The notes under the pieces were generated by a model, which saw nothing but the letters and a program-made list of their open reading frames with translations, made no database searches and was not told where the DNA came from. From positions 1 to 46,786 of the forward strand of contig PDIP01000101.1 in NCBI GenBank assembly GCA_002811645.1: a stretch of 46,786 nt of DNA, given 5' to 3'. The stretch comes from Corallochytrium limacisporum Hawaii. Taxonomy: Eukaryota; Protista; Pluriformea. Both the position numbers and the translations under genes were made by a program. Positions 41,832 to 46,786 of the stretch are shown one piece after another (position 1 is the first letter of the stretch; each line of letters opens with the position of its first letter).

Positions 41832-43080
41832 GAAAGACTTGGTGGTGGTGGATGATGATTAGGAATCGGGAAGGTGATGGGTACTACTGATGTTGATCGG
41901 GCCCGTTGATTAACCCTCCCTTGCTATAGAGTGCTGGAGACCCAAATTCAGGAGTGGGCAGGTGTCCTGTGACCCTCTTTGGCCACAACGAAGATGGGTT
42001 GCCATTGACGTACCATCACTATGCACAGCGTAGAACGATGCAAGAAATTGCGGCGAACATGGCTGGGTTTTCCCGCGGCCCGCGCGCATGACACGCACTA
42101 TGTACTGGAACCAATCCAGAACAAGCAGGCCTGAGCAAACAACAATGCTTAGTCTCTCAGGTGATAATGATTGGCCCGCAATACTCTACCTTCGACATTG
42201 AGGAAACTTAATGTAGCGGAAAATTTGATTGTGCATGTGGACATTAGAGTGAGCTACACACCCACAAACAGGATACGCATGGCGTAGAGATGGACGGGAT
42301 GCGAGACAACTAGGTCCAATCAGCAGATGGAAGTGGGCTTTGTGTTTTGTTGGATACTATTCAGCTGTGCCTTGCACCCTCAGTTAGCGGGAAATTTCTC
42401 TCAAGGTTGACGTTTAAGAAACACCGGCCGGGAAGTGCAATGTGTGCTTGCGAGTGTATTGGCATACGTGCGGCAACTGAAATGCGGGGCACAACGGAAA
42501 GAACGCGTTCGAGGCTTGGGTAATCTGCTGTAGGAGCCAGGCACCATAAACGGCTAAGACATTATATTTTCCGTATCTTTTTATTCTAAATGATAATGTA
42601 CTTGTACTGTTAATATTTTCTTGTCTCCTAATTTTAAACTGTCGGTATATAAAATAAATAACTTCCTTTTTGGGTCACTGAACCTTTGCCTTCGAGTCAG
42701 CGGGCCCGGCCATTCTTTGGGTTTTCCCATTGCGGCAAAGATGCGCCGCAGAATTTACATGACCTTCCAGTACCTGAGCGCCGTGACACTTACTGTGCAA
42801 GTAACTGGAGTGAGCAACATGACGGCAGAGCTACCGTTTTCGCACCAACCGCCAATGAAGAAGCTGTATTCTGAATGGCGCTGGGCAGCATCTGGAGGTT
42901 AAAGCCGTCGAAAGTGCCGTGCATCCAACCGACTACAACAGGCAATTCTTACAATTTAGATGGTGCACTGGAAGACTTGCTGTTCAAATCTTGAACTTTA
43001 ATTATGGACCTTATAGCAGATTCGATGGCGCTTACGATGTGCCACTGTTTGGGTACAACCCAACTCCCTATACTCCGCCA

Positions 43081-44910
43081 CTAGAAATGCAGATCGGCGT
43101 TGCGAGCAGCCCGCCTGGCGACTTTCTTGGCGTTGTTCGCAACGTACTTAGCCATTTCCACGTAGTTAGGCGTACCAAGGCCAGTAACAGGATTCCAACC
43201 GCCATGAGCATCAAAACCTTTACAGTTGATGAAGGAGTTGTTGCCGCTCGAGATGTCAGTGAAGGCGTCGGGCCAAGCGGCCTTCATCTTGTACAGCAAA
43301 GGATTCAAATAACCCAGTGGGCCTCCGCCATTCGCAAGGCTAACATCGTTGAGCAAGGTAATGATACCAGCTACAGTTGGAGTCGAGCAGGAGGTACCGC
43401 TAACGAGGACCCCAGCCTCTCCTCCGTACACCAGGCTGTAGTAGGTGGACAAGGCAGAGATATCAGGGAAAGCACGGCCATAGGCGTTGTACTGTTTGGG
43501 TGGAGGAAGCGTGTCTCTGGAAACGTCAAAGTACCTATCCACCCAGGAAATCTGATGTGCCGGGGCCTCAAAGAGGGTGCTGAAGCCACCACCAGAGGCG
43601 GTCCAGCCTTCGGTCAGACCATCTGTGCCACCGACTGAGGTCACGTACGGAGAGGAGCCTGGGTACCCAGGATCATGCTTATGCTTATTGCAGCCCACAC
43701 CAGTGTCTCCGGAGGCAACAAGGAGAGTGCGACCCGTCAAGCCAAGCTTGATAAACTGCTGGTTTGTCGCGTAAACGTTCTCGACCTTCTTTGTCAGTCT
43801 TTCCGGCCAACCATAGCTCATGGAGTGGACCAAAGGCGAATCATCGGTCTCCAACACCTGCGTTGCCCAGTCCATCAGATTGAAGAAATTGTTTCCGAAG
43901 AATTGCCACGTCTCGCAGCCCTGGCAGCTCGAGGTGATGTACTGCACGTCCAATGTGGCTTCCAACTGCGGAGAGTTGGGGTCGTTCCCGTCGATCGTTC
44001 GAGCGATCGGATTGTTAGGGAGACTGTACAGTTTCTGGAACTGTGCCAAATCCGCGGGCGAGAAATATTCGTTGTTTTGAAGGTCAAAGAAGGATGCAAT
44101 GGCCTGGCTAGCCTTCTTGGGAACAGTTGGATTGATGCCGTATGCAGAGGTGATTACATGTGGGGTGACAGGGTTTGAAGGACCGGGCTTATCAGACGGC
44201 TCACCCCCATCGTCCTCAGTTCCGACACGCTGGACTGTCATAGGCTTGTATCCAAGAAGCAACAGACCGGAAATGTCATCAAGGGCTTCCGCAATCTCGT
44301 CCGGCACATTATAGCCCAGGGTGCGGATAATCTTTGTATCCGGTGCGTGATCAGGCGAGTAGTAGTGGAACTTCGCATTAAAAGCCCTCTTGGCCTCACC
44401 AACGGGCATGGTTACGGTAATCAGGTCGTCCGCAATGGTCTTGGAAACACTGTTGCAGTTGAAGCCTTTGGTGAACGTCTCCACGGCATCGATATGGGCC
44501 TGCTGGGGCCTAACCAAATCAGCCACTTCGTTCACAGTAAGATATTGCTGGTACTTTGGGCTGTCCGGATCGCTGACATCGACCAGCATTTTCTTCATTT
44601 TGGCCACGTTCTGGTGTTTCAGAACGAAAATCACCTTCACCTCTTCGGTTTCTTCGTCCTCCACCTCTCCCAGATCAGTCCATCCATCCGGCATGTCGTG
44701 GCGCACGGTTATAAGGGGTTGAGAGTTGACTTTAGCTTCCTCAGGCAGAGTAACAGAGCTCAGACCTCCTTGGGCACCAAGTTCAGGAGGCTCATCCGGG
44801 ACAGTGGGAGTCCCATTGCCGATATCCAGGTCAGGTTGCCGGCGTTGGTGGAAAGGGACCACAGGCTCGGGTTGGGCATTGCCCAGGCCAACTGCGTCAT
44901 AGGCTTCCAT
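43081..44910 (-). CDS. Peptidase S53 (sedolisin / tripeptidyl-peptidase I-like), paralog B
   Basis: ORF 43081..44937 begins at TTG. The ATG at 44910 (MEAYDAVGLGNA) aligns with the paralog A start. Motifs VSDPDSPKYQQYL, EATLDVQY, ASGDTG, GRAFPDISA, GTSCSTP, GWNPVTGLGTP. Confidence 0.95.
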   Translation of the reverse strand: MEAYDAVGLGNAQPEPVVPFHQRRQPDLDIGNGTPTVPDEPPELGAQGGLSSVTLPEEAKVNSQPLITVRHDMPDGWTDLGEVEDEETEEVKVIFVLKHQNVAKMKKMLVDVSDPDSPKYQQYLTVNEVADLVRPQQAHIDAVETFTKGFNCNSVSKTIADDLITVTMPVGEAKRAFNAKFHYYSPDHAPDTKIIRTLGYNVPDEIAEALDDISGLLLLGYKPMTVQRVGTEDDGGEPSDKPGPSNPVTPHVITSAYGINPTVPKKASQAIASFFDLQNNEYFSPADLAQFQKLYSLPNNPIARTIDGNDPNSPQLEATLDVQYITSSCQGCETWQFFGNNFFNLMDWATQVLETDDSPLVHSMSYGWPERLTKKVENVYATNQQFIKLGLTGRTLLVASGDTGVGCNKHKHDPGYPGSSPYVTSVGGTDGLTEGWTASGGGFSTLFEAPAHQISWVDRYFDVSRDTLPPPKQYNAYGRAFPDISALSTYYSLVYGGEAGVLVSGTSCSTPTVAGIITLLNDVSLANGGGPLGYLNPLLYKMKAAWPDAFTDISSGNNSFINCKGFDAHGGWNPVTGLGTPNYVEMAKYVANNAKKVARRAARNADLHF

Positions 44911-46786
44911 GATGAATATGTTTTCTTTGAGTTGCAAGAACGTTGATTGAAAATATGGCTAAAAGTTCTGTAGACGATGATTAGGACCAGATCCAGATCC
45001 TTCAAATAGCTGCATTCTGGAAATCCTCCTTGCATAAGTCACAGACATATGACAAGCTCCCAGCAATCAATCATTGCCGGCTGCTTTGCAGAAACCTGTG
45101 CACTCTATAGGACTGCCTCTCTATTACTGTCATTTGTTGCAACTGGATGATTATTACGTGTTGTGAGAGGACGAACTAGACGCACACCGGCAGCTATTGT
45201 GTGTAAATATGCCGACGTTTTGGAGCACACGGAATCCTAGCAAGGCCTACTGGCAGAGGATATGATCGTGGTCAACAGGCTGTATTCGTTGGAAGAACGC
45301 TTGTCAATGGAGAATTCCAGATGCTGAGCACCACATCGCTTGCCTATTCTCTCTTTCTTTGTGTGACAAAGAGATACGGCTTGCGAGAGTGGTCCTGAGG
45401 GTCTTCCCCCCCTGGCCCCTCCTCCCGGGGCCGGGGAGTGCGCATTCGGACGCGGCAGAGCGAAGGGGGATTCACTGGGGAACCTTTCCAGCCCTAAGCT
45501 CCTGCGCTACAGTTTCCAGCCACATTTCCCGGCGCCGGGTTCCCCTTCCCTTCTCCTCCTACTGTGGCTGTCCGGGAGAACCCCCGGGGGGGGGGTTTCC
45601 TGTATCCTGACCCAGTGCTCTGTTGACACTGTCCACAGTCAGCCTGAACGGATACTTGCAAGTGTAACCGGTTATGCACGGCTGGCGCTCATCCACCAGC
45701 CAGCCATATTGGAATTTCCTACACTATAGGAGTATGGGTAATACATATTATTCTGCTATATGTGTTCAATGATGAAACTCAGGACGGTCACCGATACGAT
45801 GGTTGTTTGTTTCAGTGTGCACATGGGAAATCTACAATGTACACAGCTAACACACAGTCAGGCTGCTGACTTTGATCTTGCGCGATGACGTTTTCGTATA
45901 TATCTGTCTCTCAAACGTCAAATGTAAAACAGACACGGCTAGCGAGGCAAGCATGGCATGTCGATTATCCTAAGATATCTAGGTGCGTCGTGTAATCCAA
46001 CTGCCATTATTCGGCCAGTTTGGTCGCTGGATTGCTCTTATTGAGCGAAGCACAGCCAAAAATTGTTCTCTGTCTTGACTGGAAATCTCAATCTCCTAAA
46101 CCTAGAGCTGCGACGACAGTGCGCAGTTCTGGAGAAAATTAAAGGTCGGGGAATGCTAGTGGTGGAAACATCACTATGTCAGTACGTGGATTGCACCCGC
46201 TGCTGGTGGACAAAGGCAACAATGTATCAAAGATGCCAATCTGAGACTGCGCACGCCGTGATCAAGTGTTCTCTGGGGCATCGAACATTGCAGGGTGGCC
46301 GCGGGTCTACAGCGTACAGCACTGCAATTGTCTGCCCATACACAAAAATTCCGCTGGAACAGCCTCACGCCTGCACACGGCCCTGTATCGGGACTGCTGC
46401 CCCGAAGCATAGCACAGCCCACAGCGAGCTCACTGCAAGATTAGGAGTGTGCGCACTGCTGATATTTTTCAAGTCGCTTCGCACGCAACTGGGATACGAA
46501 ATTTAAACATACACATATTAAGCCCCCACTGCTCAGCTACTCTTCTGCGCAGTAACGAAAAAATCGCTGCCGCAAGCTCCGTCGGTTTGCGTCCGCGCCT
46601 GGTTGTGTACTCCTTTGGAGCCTGGCTGGGGCATCTTGTCTAGAGCTTCACGGCTTTCGGGGTCTATTTAAACCCCATGAACAACCAACAAAGACGACAC
46701 TTGAAGAATACCACCCTCTGTCTCATAATATTAGGCCGAATCTATTCAAATCACATTCATTCGAATCCCGACCGCTGTGGCGGGAA

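Noticed and set aside
41852-41890. C box (ATGATGA) and D box (CTGA) suggesting a snoRNA; a similar pair lies at about 45769-45869
   Set aside because: The first is too short (about 40 nt). The second has no convincing terminal stem or recognisable rRNA guide.
46755-46786. ttcgaatccc, resembling a tRNA T-loop
   Set aside because: No paired T-stem, D-arm or acceptor stem can be built upstream.

Overview
This is eukaryotic nuclear DNA with four assembly gaps. It carries 12 protein-coding genes, each an uninterrupted ORF with no intron needed. In order: a kinase with three PAS domains (two FixL-type heme-PAS) and a MARK/AMPK-type kinase-UBA core (+); CCDC124/Lso2 (-); a DM13-DOMON-cytochrome b561 surface protein with a 21-bp internal repeat (+); the mitochondrial phage-type RNA polymerase (-); an F-BAR/PH Slm1-like protein (+); tRNA m1A58 methyltransferase TRM61 (-); ILRUN/C6orf106 (+); a 984-aa orphan with possible degenerate small-GTPase and kinesin-like motifs (-); phosphoglycerate dehydrogenase (+); a coiled-coil protein (+); and two tandem S53 (sedolisin/TPP1) peptidases (-). 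The mix of animal-like and fungal-like genes and the absence of introns suggest an intron-poor unicellular opisthokont, possibly a Corallochytrium-like holozoan; this is an inference. Most genes sit in tight tail-to-tail pairs, separated by 0.9-4 kb divergent regions that mostly contain poly(dC:dG) tracts. The best candidate for an undescribed system is the kinase, a possible direct O2/gas-sensing Ser/Thr kinase. The orphan protein and the S53 pair lacking signal peptides come next. No RNA genes, CRISPR arrays or recognisable mobile elements were found. All family assignments are from motifs read by eye, not from database searches.
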